Positions 38,873 through 50,615 of a stretch of DNA of 64,000 nt are shown piece after piece. Made by a program: the position numbers and the translations under genes. The notes beneath the pieces are model-generated. The model did not search any database. It saw nothing but the letters and a program-made list of their open reading frames with translations, and had not been told where the DNA came from. Origin of the DNA: Dimorphilus gyrociliatus (taxonomy: Eukaryota > Animalia > Annelida); the NCBI GenBank assembly GCA_904063045.1, contig CAJFCJ010000034.1:1-64000 (forward strand), written 5' to 3'. Positions within the stretch are counted from its first letter, which is position 1. Every line of letters begins with the position of its first letter.

Positions 38873-39588
38873 TTAAGCCGCACTTTGAATAACTCTGAGC
38901 ACTGTAACTGTTTTAACCTTCATTTTTGAAATAATTGCAGCGCTTTCTTCTTTCTCGAAAATTGTATTAAAGTCTTTTGTTTGAAAAACAGCACTTTCAA
39001 ATGTTAAGATCTCCATATCAAATTCTGCAATGATGCTACCAGGAGTAAAGCGAAAACTGTTCAACTTATTAAATGAAGAAATTCTCTCATCTTTTGATTT
39101 TACTATGATGTCTATTATTGATTCACGAATATTTCGCGTAAGATTCCGATATTCTTCGCTGGTTTGATTATTAAGACCGTCAGTAAAACTCTGATCAATT
39201 AGCCATTTCATTTGAACAATAGCTATTGAAAAGAAGAGTTAAAAGAAAGATTTTATTGATTATTAAAAGTATGAAAAATAATTATACTTAGTTTCTCCCC
39301 TTCTTTATCCTTTATCGAAGCTAAAACGTACATGTGTGTTTAATAAAAATGATTAATTCTTAGTGCATAGGCTTAATTCTAAAACTTGAAAATGTATAAA
39401 ATAAACAAACTGAAATTAGTTGCAATGAAATATAGTCCAATGATTAAACCCAAAAGTAAAATCATAAAAATAACGGTGCAGAGTAAACATATCAAACAGT
39501 CTTTTACTTTGGTAGCTCCATTAGTATTATCTTTAGAGTAGTGAACTTTGTTTTGATCTTGAATCTCATCCAGTTCGATTTCCTTCAA
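38873..39588 (-). CDS. Type II membrane protein with SEA domain (spliced; start and 3' end uncertain)
   Basis: TM exon CLICLLCTVIFMILLLGLIIGLYFI (39379-39588), a small internal exon, and a SEA exon with FTDGLNNQTSEEY...FTPGSIIAEF (G/S autocleavage motif). Confidence 0.7.
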
Positions 39589-40226
39589 AGAGTAAAAACA
39601 TAGATGGTAATTTAAGTTTAATTCTACTGTTAAATAAAAGTATAAATAGTTTTAATATTAAATTTTTCATAACAATAGAAGAATGCAGACTTATTCAAAA
39701 CTTAGACCTCAGTAAAATATAACCTGTAGGCCTAAGTTAGAAAATGTATCATATCAACTATTAAATTGTATGTTCCTTCTTAAGGGTAGAAAATCCATCT
39801 TTCATTCTATAAGAAATAGAGACAATTCAAAATTATCAAATTGACGTACCTTTACTTTTGTAACCATATTTTTTGAGAAAAAAAGGTAATTTTAACACAA
39901 TAATACGATTAAAATGTTAAAAAAAGACAGAGATCGTATTTTCTCTCTGTATCCCTGTCTCCCTCTCTCTCTTTCTGTCTCTGAAAATACAATATTAAAG
40001 GTTCAATATAGAAACTCATTCTATAAATATTTACAGCACATATAGTAATATATACATAAATTTATATATATATTCTCTGACGATGACAAATTCGATTTCC
40101 CTCAAAGTCTTAGAGGATGTACATTAAATTTTACTCTTTACGTCAACTTTTAAAACAATTTATATAGAAAATACGATAAATTCGTTAAAAATGTATTTTA
40201 ACTATGAGTAATGGCTTTATTCATTT

Positions 40227-40550
40227 CTTTTTTACATATCCAAAATACACCGATAGAAATACAATAATTCCAATTAGAATAAGACTTAAAATGAAACCAG
40301 TAATGCATAGTTTTACATTTCTTGTACAAGTGCAAGTGTTTGTTGGAGGTAAAGTTGGTTTCGAGTTAATGACCTCTTGTTTGAAAAACATTACATCCCT
40401 GTCAACCTGTAAGATGGGGCGAGAAATGAATCATCAATAAGTATGTATAAATTCAATAAATTCTATAAAATTATTACTAATACTTACAGATGGAGAATTT
40501 ATATTGTTAGTTTCTAGTTGGGGATTTTCGCCTTTGGCTATCCACTAAAA
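40227..40550 (-). CDS. Candidate spliced exons encoding a short cytoplasmic tail + single TM segment
   Basis: TTTTTAG acceptor, GTAAGT donor, then CTTACAG acceptor followed by ...CTCTRNVKLCITGFILSLILIGIIVFLSVYFGY. Downstream exon not identified. Confidence 0.35.
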
Positions 40551-41289
40551 ATCAAAAAATAATGTTATATTCATTATTTACAAACAAAACAATCTATCTT
40601 TATCTATAATATTTAGAAATGAATGCAAGATTGCTTATATGGCGAAAACATAGTAAAACATGATTTGCCGAACTAGATTTTATTAATTATTGCTTTTTTT
40701 CTATATTTCTTACCCGAAATTCCTCCATTTTACAGTTTTGTATTTAAAAACATGAAGTAAATTTCTCGTTACATTTAAATAAAATCGACCTGATCTTAGG
40801 AAAAATATTAACATTTAAAGAATACACTAGACTAACTGAGGTTCAAAACAGTACTAAACAATGTTTTCAATTCCTTGACAAAGCAGTTTAATATGCTATT
40901 AGAACTACTATTGAATGCTCCTATAAAAGGTTATGTCCTATAAAAGCTATTTAGATACGGTGAAACCATTGCAATTTTTTCAAAAAAGTATGTTTTTCCA
41001 ATCAGGAAAGTCCCTGTTTGTTGGCAGGCAAAGAGCAGAGGAGATTTTCATCAAATTTTGCTCATTTCAAAAAATTCCAAGTGTTGCAGTTTCCACTTTA
41101 ATCGTCATATCTTGTGATAATGAAAACTTTGTTATACTAATAAATAGACAGTACATAACCAACGATAAATGCATGCATTTGTCTCCAAAAACATGAAGAA
41201 AAGAGTTAAAAGTGAAAACAAAATCTATGGAGCACAGATAAGAGTTATTTGAATATTTTCCCCATTTTCTATTCATTCCAAATGTTTGA

Positions 41290-41490
41290 GTTCAATAGAC
41301 TATTCATCCTGTTCTACCAACCATCCAGACTATTATTTGTTTTAATTGAGAGACCCAACACTGAACAATCTTCAGGTTTTCATATCAATTTACATATCCA
41401 TGTATCTTCAAAACACAACAGATTTCTTTCTGCCAAATGTTGCAACAATGCTATCAGCTGATAGAAATGGTAATACCGTGATTTTTCTAA
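41290..41490 (-). pseudogene. MULE transposase relic
   Basis: Broken translation FEDTWI...KTNNSLDGW*NRMN resembles the MULE RTNNxxEGWHNRLN motif. Confidence 0.4.
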
Positions 41491-41974
41491 CATCACTCCA
41501 TTCTTCTCCCTTCTCCCTATGTTGTTTGGAAAAAAATCAAGATGACCAACTTGAAAAGACTAAAATTATTAAAAACTGGTACATTCTTAAAAAACAAAAA
41601 ATGGTGGAACTTTAGAACGGTGGAAGTAGTTTTCAATATCTTATACATATTATATATAACATTTTTCAAAATACATAGATGAACCAATTTCTATTAATCA
41701 TAAAAAAGTGGGTACGATTTAAACTGGTTACGTTATAATAAAAGTTCGGAAAAACCACTAGTGGGAAGGCTTTGATCCGAATACAGCTTAACCCAGGTAA
41801 TGTTTCACCCCATCTTCATGGCTACATTCATTTTAACCACAATGGTTTTGAACCCTAATACTTCTTTGTACAAATCGCTACTGAAATATGTTTAACCTTC
41901 TAACAAATAATTTAGTTGTGACATTAAATAATTTTAAAATATGATAGTTTTATTCAAATACTTTGAAACCGAAT

Positions 41975-44200
41975 TTATAAATTTTTGCAAGAGTTACAAC
42001 AATATGCTCTTAACATGTTACAGAAAGCCGATCCGTATTTAGACGCTCCTTGACTACAAGTTACTTGATCAACAATTTCTTGGTTTGCATTTCTCAAGTT
42101 GAACAAATAATTGTAATCAATGCATGCTGCAGCTGCTGTTGTTGTTGTTGGTGCTGCGGTTGTTGTCGTTGTTGTTGTTGTTGGTGCGGCGGTTGTTGTC
42201 GTTGTAGCTACTGTTGGGGCAGATGTAACTGGGGCTTCGTCTCCATTACAATTCTTTCCTGTAAATCCAACTGCACATTCGCATACGTAATCAGAGTTTC
42301 CGTATTGACGACAAACACCGCCATTCTTACATGGGTTTGGATCACAAAGAGAACTTGTACTTGTTGCCGCATCGTTTTCATTGATCAATCCTTTGCTTCT
42401 ACATTCTCTACAACATGACTGGTCGAATTGACCGAAACACAAGTGTGGCATTTCTCCAATAATTTCACCACAGCTGGTGAATGTTCTTGTATGGGTTCCA
42501 TAGTTGACTGGAACGTTGATTGGCGAATTAGTACAACCGCTTGGAACGTTTCTTGTCAATGTTGATCCTGATGTACATTCGGCGTTGTGACTTTCTTTGC
42601 TGTACAAATTGACTTGAGAAGATTCGACACATCGTCCCTTCAAACAGACTTTGTCATTTCCACATGATGATCCATCTTCGGCTCCTGGTTCTTCGAATTT
42701 ACAAAAGTTTCCCACTCTACAGACGAGACGGTGACAAATATCATCTTTTTCGCTTTGAGCGCAACCAACATCGTTAGCAACGGCTCCATTACCAAATCTC
42801 AATGTACATTGTTCATTCAATGAATATTTGACTCCTGGAAGTACTTCATCAGCAGTGGCTTCGTTTTGGTTGAATGCGTCGTGTCCACATACTCTGTTCA
42901 TCAAACATACTCTTTTAAATCCATTTTGACCGTTTCCAATAACTGTGTTGTAGATGGAATTGATTGAGCATTGACTCAAAACGAAAGCGTTCTTCAATTG
43001 ATTGATTGTGTAGAAAGTGAGTGTGGGAGTCATGACATTTTGAACACTGGCGGCACAAGCATCATTTGGTGCAGTACCATCGTGAGGAGAGCCAAGATTG
43101 TGTCCGAGTTCGTGAGCAGCTGTCTTCCAAGAGTCCATGCCGAGATCTTCGTTGATTGAGATACCTCTTCTGGAACAAACTCCTGCTACTGGGGCAAATC
43201 CAATTGTGCTGTGACTCGATCCGTAAATGTCTTTTTTAGTCCAAACGAAAGTGTGATCCCAATCCATCCAGTCGGCTCCTCCAGTGTTGGCGGAATTATC
43301 CATCCAGAGAGAGATTTGATTTAATGATTCGCCGGCACTGATTACTTCTCTACCATTATACATAGCCATATTCAAAGGAGATGGTCCGTCAGTGAATGGA
43401 CAGTTTTGTTTTTCCTTTACAATCATGATTTTCTTGACAAACAATGACATCATGAATCTTGGATCGTTGATTCTTCTGTAGACGAGATCAATTCCGTTCA
43501 TGATATGACTGTAATGATATCTGATAGCAGAAACGGCGTCGCTTTCGGAATTGGTAACTGTTGATTGGAGGAAGTATTCCCATACTGTGTAATCAATGAT
43601 GTTTGCGGCCTCAATGTGATAGTGAGGTTTGGAGACGGCTCTCTTAGATCTTTGTGTGAGTTGATCAATTTCGAAAGAGGATAGTTGGGAAGTCAAGGAT
43701 TTATCAGAGAAGGATGGAATATCGAGAACGTGTTCATCATCATCACCGTCTTTCTTTGGAGCGATGGATACTTCGAAACCTTCATTTTCAAATTTTCCTT
43801 CAATAGATCTTTTGACTTTTCCATCAACAAGTTTTTCAGTGACCATAACGGCGGCACCAGTATTGATATCTTGATAAGCATGAACTCCATCCAAATAACC
43901 TTCAGCAACATCTCCATTGTGGAATACAATTTTCATGTTTGTGTTGATGTTGGTGTTTCTTTTGAGACGGAGTTGGATTGAGCTTTTTTCGAGAGGAATA
44001 GCAACGTGGAACTCATGATGGTCATCGAGTGAACGTCTAACTCTTCTGAATTCTTGAATTTTCACAGTCCTTTGTTCTGAAAAGTGAAAAACGTTTGAAG
44101 AATATTTCATTAAAATGTTATAGTTTGAAAATTTGTAAAACCAACGAATAGGAACTGCGGCAATAACGCCAATGAGGCAAATAGCTAGTAAGAGTTTCAT
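41975..44200 (-). CDS. M12B metalloprotease P5
   Basis: ATG at 44200, signal MKLLLAICLIGVIAAVPI, 69-nt intron 44077-44145 (stop-free, so the ORF track reads through it), intact catalytic motif. Confidence 0.93.
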   Translation of the reverse strand: MKLLLAICLIGVIAAVPIRWFYKFSNYNILMKYSSNVFHFSEQRTVKIQEFRRVRRSLDDHHEFHVAIPLEKSSIQLRLKRNTNINTNMKIVFHNGDVAEGYLDGVHAYQDINTGAAVMVTEKLVDGKVKRSIEGKFENEGFEVSIAPKKDGDDDEHVLDIPSFSDKSLTSQLSSFEIDQLTQRSKRAVSKPHYHIEAANIIDYTVWEYFLQSTVTNSESDAVSAIRYHYSHIMNGIDLVYRRINDPRFMMSLFVKKIMIVKEKQNCPFTDGPSPLNMAMYNGREVISAGESLNQISLWMDNSANTGGADWMDWDHTFVWTKKDIYGSSHSTIGFAPVAGVCSRRGISINEDLGMDSWKTAAHELGHNLGSPHDGTAPNDACAASVQNVMTPTLTFYTINQLKNAFVLSQCSINSIYNTVIGNGQNGFKRVCLMNRVCGHDAFNQNEATADEVLPGVKYSLNEQCTLRFGNGAVANDVGCAQSEKDDICHRLVCRVGNFCKFEEPGAEDGSSCGNDKVCLKGRCVESSQVNLYSKESHNAECTSGSTLTRNVPSGCTNSPINVPVNYGTHTRTFTSCGEIIGEMPHLCFGQFDQSCCRECRSKGLINENDAATSTSSLCDPNPCKNGGVCRQYGNSDYVCECAVGFTGKNCNGDEAPVTSAPTVATTTTTAAPTTTTTTTTAAPTTTTAAAACIDYNYLFNLRNANQEIVDQVTCSQGASKYGSAFCNMLRAYCCNSCKNL

Positions 44201-45630
44201 GATTGGAGAAACAGTTGCTGCTTAAGTTATGAGAGGGAGATCTGCCTTTTATACTTTTTATTATCAATGAATTATAAAAAAGTTGCATCTGGACAAATAT
44301 GGATAGTGATTTTTGTTGACTTGATTAATCTTTTTTTAATTACTATGTTTACTTTTATGGAAATGTTTTTTGTTGGTTTTTAATATTAGTATTTTCAGAA
44401 TTATTTGGTTAGATGTTTTGGACATGATGACCTAATAGCTGTAGATTTTGATTACATAAGCCTATTGTTTTTGTTATAAGGACTTTGAGTAAATGACTTG
44501 ATAATGAGGGTGTTGAATTAGAAGGAAATGATAATGAAGATTCTTTGGAAAAAAGGATAGTTTGTTTTATCGATGAATGGATTAGTTAAATTTCAGATTT
44601 ATTGACATTGTAGCCTTCTTGGATTTTAATGATATTGAAACATATATTTTGTGAGAGAATTTAGCTTCTTTCTGACACTTGCAAATGCTATCATAGTTTC
44701 AGTTACCTTGATATTTTGTTACAGAGAAGGTTTCTATTAGAAATATGTTATGCAGTGAGAAACAAGTATTTTGATGAAAGGTACCATAGATCCCTATGTT
44801 CTTTTTAGTGTGACCTGTCAATGGTTAGAAATCTTTTAAACCGTAATAACTACGAAGTTTAATTGGATTAAGAATAATGTCTAATTAAGGAACTAGAAAA
44901 GGAACAAAAACCTGGTTTCAAAAGAAGTCTACACTTTTTTAACATAATATGTAGAATCGATAACAGCATTGTTTAACAGAGAAAATTAGAAATTTACCTT
45001 TTTGTTAGTGTTGATTAGTGGTTTGCAAGCTAATTCTTTCTTTATTCTTCATTTTGCCGCCATTTTTATTAAAAGTACTTTTTTTAAAAGGAACCCTTTG
45101 TGAATGTTACTTGACAATCAATAGTTTTCATTGGCAATATACAGTATATAAATCCCTTTCTCTTACCAGTCACTTTAAGCGTAAATTACAATGCACAAAC
45201 TAATTAAACTATAGCGTCTTTTTTCAAAGAACAACCGCTGACATCTGTCACACAAAAATTAGCGGGATTATTGGATATTCTCGTGAAGATTATCAATACT
45301 AATCGGTGTTATTTTTCGTTCTGTCTCAATCATAATAACAACAAGATTATATGAATTATTATATCTAAGAGTGACAAAAACAGATCAAAGATTCTATCAG
45401 ACTAGAAATATTGTCTTTGGATTTGCAAAGTTTCAACAACAGTTTTGTTCAAGCACTACTAACAATTTTAAGGTATTTTTCAGTTAGCATAAATTCTTTA
45501 CCGATTAAAAGTAAACTCAACAATCTTTCAACTTTTCTCAAAGATATATTTCATTAGTTTTTTGAAAATTCTTTCAGAATTTTTCATTAGAATATATTCT
45601 TTTAAGAGTTTGAAGATATTGATTTTCATT

Positions 45631-45790
45631 CTGGCGGCGCCAGTATTGAAATCCTGATAAGAATGAACTCCATCCAAATAACCTTCAGCAAGGATATTTT
45701 ATCAAAACATTTATTTTGAAAAATTTTAAAAGTAACGAATAGGAACTGAACGATGACGTCAATAAGACAAAGAGCTAGCAAGATTTTCAT
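45631..45790 (-). pseudogene. Relic seventh protease copy P7
   Basis: Frameshifted signal exon (MKILLALCLIDV...) with ATG at 45790, fused by deletion to a prodomain fragment (AEGYLDGVHSYQDFNTGAA, 45631-45691). Confidence 0.8.
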
Positions 45791-46075
45791 GATTGGTGAA
45801 ACTGTTGCTTTTTTCTTTAGGAGAGATGTGCTTTCCCTCTTTTTGTTTCTTTTTGAAATATTTCCATTTTCGATATCGAGGCTAATGGAACTTTAGGAAT
45901 TTTTAATGGAACCTTATTTTCTATCTTTCACTCGATGGGGATGGTCTTTTCATTGTTGTTTGAATGTTATAGTGATAAACTATATATGCTGAAACATTAT
46001 CCAAAGGAATGGCGAAGTTTTCTTTTCAAAGGAAAGTGTATTCTCTGATTGAAAGTGAATAATAAACTATACGAT

Positions 46076-49000
46076 AATCCAATTAAGAAATTATTCTGCG
46101 ATTCTTTTTCTTTTCTTTTTTTTGGAACGTTCGAAAGAAAAGAATCGAACATTCTTTTTTTTTGTTCTCAATTCGACAATTCAACCTCTTCTCCTGGAAT
46201 AAGTCTAAGTTATATTAAGTGAGCGTAAGAAATAAAAATGATGAAACCTCAAAGAAGACAAACTATTTAAAGGAAGAGTGGAGAAGTAGCCGAAAAAGAG
46301 ATTCTCCGCTCTCTTAGAATGTCATTGGGACATATCAAAAATAGCTTGGACAGAGGTAGAGTGACCCAGGAGATAATTACAAGACTCAATAATGCATTGG
46401 AGAAGATAGAAGAACTTCCAAGAAACAAAGAAGTCTTCACGGTGCAAGAGAAGGTGCTGGACCTTCAAAGGAGTGGCATATTGTGTGACAGACACAATAT
46501 GCCACTACGGCAATTTGTGTTGAGAACACAGGCAGTCCTAGAAGCCTACCCGCATGCAACTGATAGGGTTAAGTACCATTACCTATTAAAGGTCACAAAG
46601 GGACTACAACATAAGTATGTCCTGATGTATGAGTACGCTAAAAACCCCTTTCAGGATGTATGGAAGGTGTGGAAGAGCGGAATTGGAAAGGATGGGCCAA
46701 CTATTAATGATACTATAGAGAAAGTTAAAATGGGTTTTGGTCAGAGTATGGAGGAAGGTATGATGGTGTCACTGGCCATCCTACAGAGATACTTAATGGT
46801 AGAGCAACCAGAGGACAGAGCTACTACAGAAGAAGTATCCTTTCTTTGCTCCGCTATTTTATCTCTGCTGCCTAAAGGGCTACGTAGTAGGTTCCTTGAA
46901 AAGTTCAGTTTGGAAGTTAATGAGTCCTTTCAATCGGCACCGCTTCAGGAGGAACTACTGAAGTTTATAAACTCAATGTGCAAAAATGAAGAGGCAATGA
47001 CGATGTACAAGAAAGATGACACTCATAAGAATATCAAGCCAGTAGTAATAGCAACTCACAGAAAGAACAATTGTCCAGCTTGTAAATGCCAGCATGACAT
47101 CAGAAACTGTGAGTTTTTTAGGGACTGTTCCTATGGCAGCAAAAAGGGGATCCTACGGGAGAACAAACTTTGCTTCAAATGTTTCAGAGCAGGACATCTG
47201 GTTACAGCTTGTCAGTCTGGTCTCAGATGCAACAAGTGTAGAGGAGAACACAATACCTTAATGCATGTCCCAAAAGAGGACCTTCTATCGGAATCTGGGA
47301 ATGGGCACAATACTCCCAGGGTTAAGCCCAAATACAAAAAAGTGAGCGGAGTAACCACCACAAACTCACCAACTATTTCACAATTGCCTTTGACAGTCTT
47401 CGAAGTAAAGAATGAGAGGATATTGGCATTAATGGATGCAGGCTCACAGATTTCAATGGTGTCAAGAGAGTGTGCCACAAGACTTAAGCTGGATAAAGTT
47501 GGAGAAGTAGGCTTGCAACTAAGAACACTCCTAGCAGAGAAAAGGTTCACTGCAGATGTAATAGCAATTCCTCTACCAAATGGGCTGGGTCTGATAGAAG
47601 CAGTTATTAAAGATAAACTCATAGAGGTCTATCAAGAAGAAGAGAACATAGAGATAGAATGGGAAGGGAAGACTACCCTTATAAGAATCCCAGAAGTAAT
47701 GGGAGATTTAGATTTGGTAATAGGAGTAGACAAGCCAGATCTACACCTGCAGCAAGGTAATATTTCCCTCGATAACAGGAGAATAGTAAAGTATCCATTA
47801 GGTTGGGTCTGTATTGGTCGAAAAATGCAGGATCCCTTAAGCCTACTTACTCAAGTGGAGCTGGGAGCCAATGTCTGCATCACTACGCAATCAGTTGAGC
47901 AACAGGAATCTCTAGTAGAGGATGATAAAATCAAAGCTAGAGATACCAATGATGGAGGAAAGGTCAGCATAAACGATGTTAAAGCACTGGAGCAATTCAA
48001 AAATGAATTTGACATCAAAGAGCTAAAGGCTGCTGTTCCTTTCAAAAGGAATGTCAGAGATCTGAGGCTGAACCGGTCGCTGGCAGAGCAAAGGTTGAGG
48101 AGTCTCTTAGTGAGATTTAAGAGAGACCCAGTATATGAGAGAGAATATGACCAGTCTGTCTATGAATACATAGAACAAGGGTTTGCTACAGAAGCAGGCT
48201 CCATTGAGGTGGCCTGGTACATAGCTCATCATGGGGTCTCCAGCCCTAAAAAGGATACCATAAGAGTGGTGTTTGACTGCAAGGCGCAGTATAAAGGGTT
48301 GGGACTAAATGATGTGATAATGACAGGTCCAAATCATTTGAATGGTCTGTATGACATTCTAGTTAGCTGGAGGAGAGGTCTCTTTTTTATAGTGGCAGAT
48401 ATCAAGAAGATGTTCTGCCAGGTCAAATTAAAGGAGAAGGACCTACCCTATTTCGCGTTTCTATATTGGGATAAGACAGAGCCCAATAAGACGATGAGAA
48501 ATGTCAAGACATTTGTCATGACAAGACATGTGTTTGGGGCAACATCGAGCCCATTCGTAGCATGTCGGACTCTAAGTACATTGCTTCAGGAGGGTGATTT
48601 GCTCTCGCAGGAAGCAAAACAAAGAGTTACTAACCACTTCTATGTGGATGATCTATTGCTGCCAGGCAATAACTGGCGTAAATTATTAGAAATTTACCAA
48701 GGTACACTGAGCACCTTGAATGGTAAATTCCAGTTAGCTAAAAGCTATTCGAACAATGGTCAGATAAGTGAGAGACTAAAAGAACTAGACCTGGAATTCA
48801 AAATTCCAAAACAAATTCTTGGCGTTTCTTACAATGAAAAGACTGACGAAGTCCTTGTAAACCTGCTACCTTTACAAAGGGCTGTAGCTACTACAAGAGA
48901 ACTTGCTAGCATCATAGCCAAAGTCTATGACCCATTAGGTCTGGCTGTAGCAAGACTGTTACCTTTCAGGTTACTGTTCTCCGAGATAATAAGGGATAAT

Positions 49001-50201
49001 AGCGATTGGGATACCAAGCTATCCAGCGAACAGCAAACAATACTACAAAGACTCAGGAAGTCCACCCCAGGATCAATAAGAGCCAGCAGATATGTTGGTG
49101 GTAACAAGCTGAAGATGGTTTGCGATGCCTCCTTAAAAGCACGTTGTGCGACCGCTTATCTAGGGGAAGGAAATAAGATGGCCCTGTTAACGGCCAAGGC
49201 TAGAATCAATGAGAGAAATGTTAACTCTATCAAGGGCAGTACACTTGGAGATCTGCACATCAACATCCTTTGGACACACAAAGGAGGCATGGACTAGGTT
49301 TATGGCAAGACGAGGTCACCCAGAGAATGTACACTCAGATGGAGCTGGAGCATTTAGGAAATTGTTTGAGGAAATGGAGAGAGCAGGAATCTGCTGGAAA
49401 CTAATACCAGCTAATTCTCCTCATAGAGGAGGATTATGGGAATCCTTAGTAAAACCAGTTAAGAGCACATTACAAGTGTTAAATATGGAGACACCAACAG
49501 AGGAAAGCCTAAGGACTGCAATCACTGTGACCGAAAGTATTGTCAACCAAAGACCATTGACAACTATCCTGGAGGATCACACAGAAACCCTCCTTACTCC
49601 AGCATCCTTCTTATGGATTCAATCCAAGGAAAGGAACGAAATAAGAAGCTCCTATGAGCAAATCAAATCTATCAGGTCTATGTTGGAGAGAAGATGGTTC
49701 CAGGAGTATATAGCCACTTTACAAACTACCTCAAAATGGAACAAACAGAGTGGACGAACTCCGAGGGTTAATGACCTAGTAATCCTAGTTAGTGACTCTG
49801 TAAAACGTCACAATTGGAAGATAGGACGTATACAGAAAATAAATAAATCAGCTGATGGGCAGCCTAGGAACCTACAGATTCTCACTGAAAGGTCCTTAAT
49901 GTGGCGAGACCCGAGAAGAGTAGTCCCATTCTAAAGAAACATGAGGTTCTTTAGGGGGGGGAGTGTTTGAGAACCTGATCGCGATCAGCAGGTGTTGTTG
50001 TGATAGTCAGACATATATATATATACATAAGTATCAAGTCTCATGTGTCATACGACGAGATGTAATCTCGTAGTTACGTAATCACGTGTATCCACACGTG
50101 ATAATTATTAGCTTTGGTCATTAGAATACAGCAACCGTTTGATACGGTTACCGACAGTAAATATACATAGTTCGTAATCGTAGAAGAACCGATCTTCAAC
50201 A
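46076..50201 (+). mobile_element. BEL/Pao copy C (retains RT; no 5' LTR; deletions in gag and RNase H/integrase)
   Basis: 992-aa ORF with knuckles, protease and RT (ADIKKMF, FGATSSPF, YVDD at 48641); integrase C-half 49209-49934; PPT AGGGGGGGAG; 3' LTR 49964-50201. Confidence 0.92.
49964..50201 (+). repeat. 3' LTR of BEL copy C (238 bp)
   Basis: TG...CA ends, follows the polypurine tract, ~98% identical to the solo LTR at 10966. Confidence 0.92.
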
Positions 50202-50615
50202 GAGAATCTTTTAGTCTCTGTTCTTCTGTTTATTTCTCAGAGCTCTGTCACTAAAATTGAATTTCTTGGAATGATGTTATAAAATAGTTATAGATTCATT
50301 AACGAGATTTTGGTGTGTTCTGATTCTTCTGATTTTTTGACATAGTGACACTAGCAGATAACAAATAACGAAATCTTACATCTTTATATTACTTCCCTCC
50401 AAAATTGAATGTTTCTTTTCATAATCTACATAACACTTCCTCGGCGAACTACAAAATCTTCCTAAAATATACTTTATCAACTTCACATAACAACAAGTCA
50501 AGATTTCTGTGCAGAATACACTTTTATTTAAAATTCATAACCATTGCTCTCAATGATAATTCTACAATAAAAGGTTTGAATTCATCGGATAACATTCAAT
50601 ATTTACAGCACAAGG

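Noticed and set aside
46076-50201. Copy C as an active autonomous retrotransposon
   Set aside because: No 5' LTR or PBS, a stop right after the gag start, and the first integrase Asp and part of RNase H are deleted.
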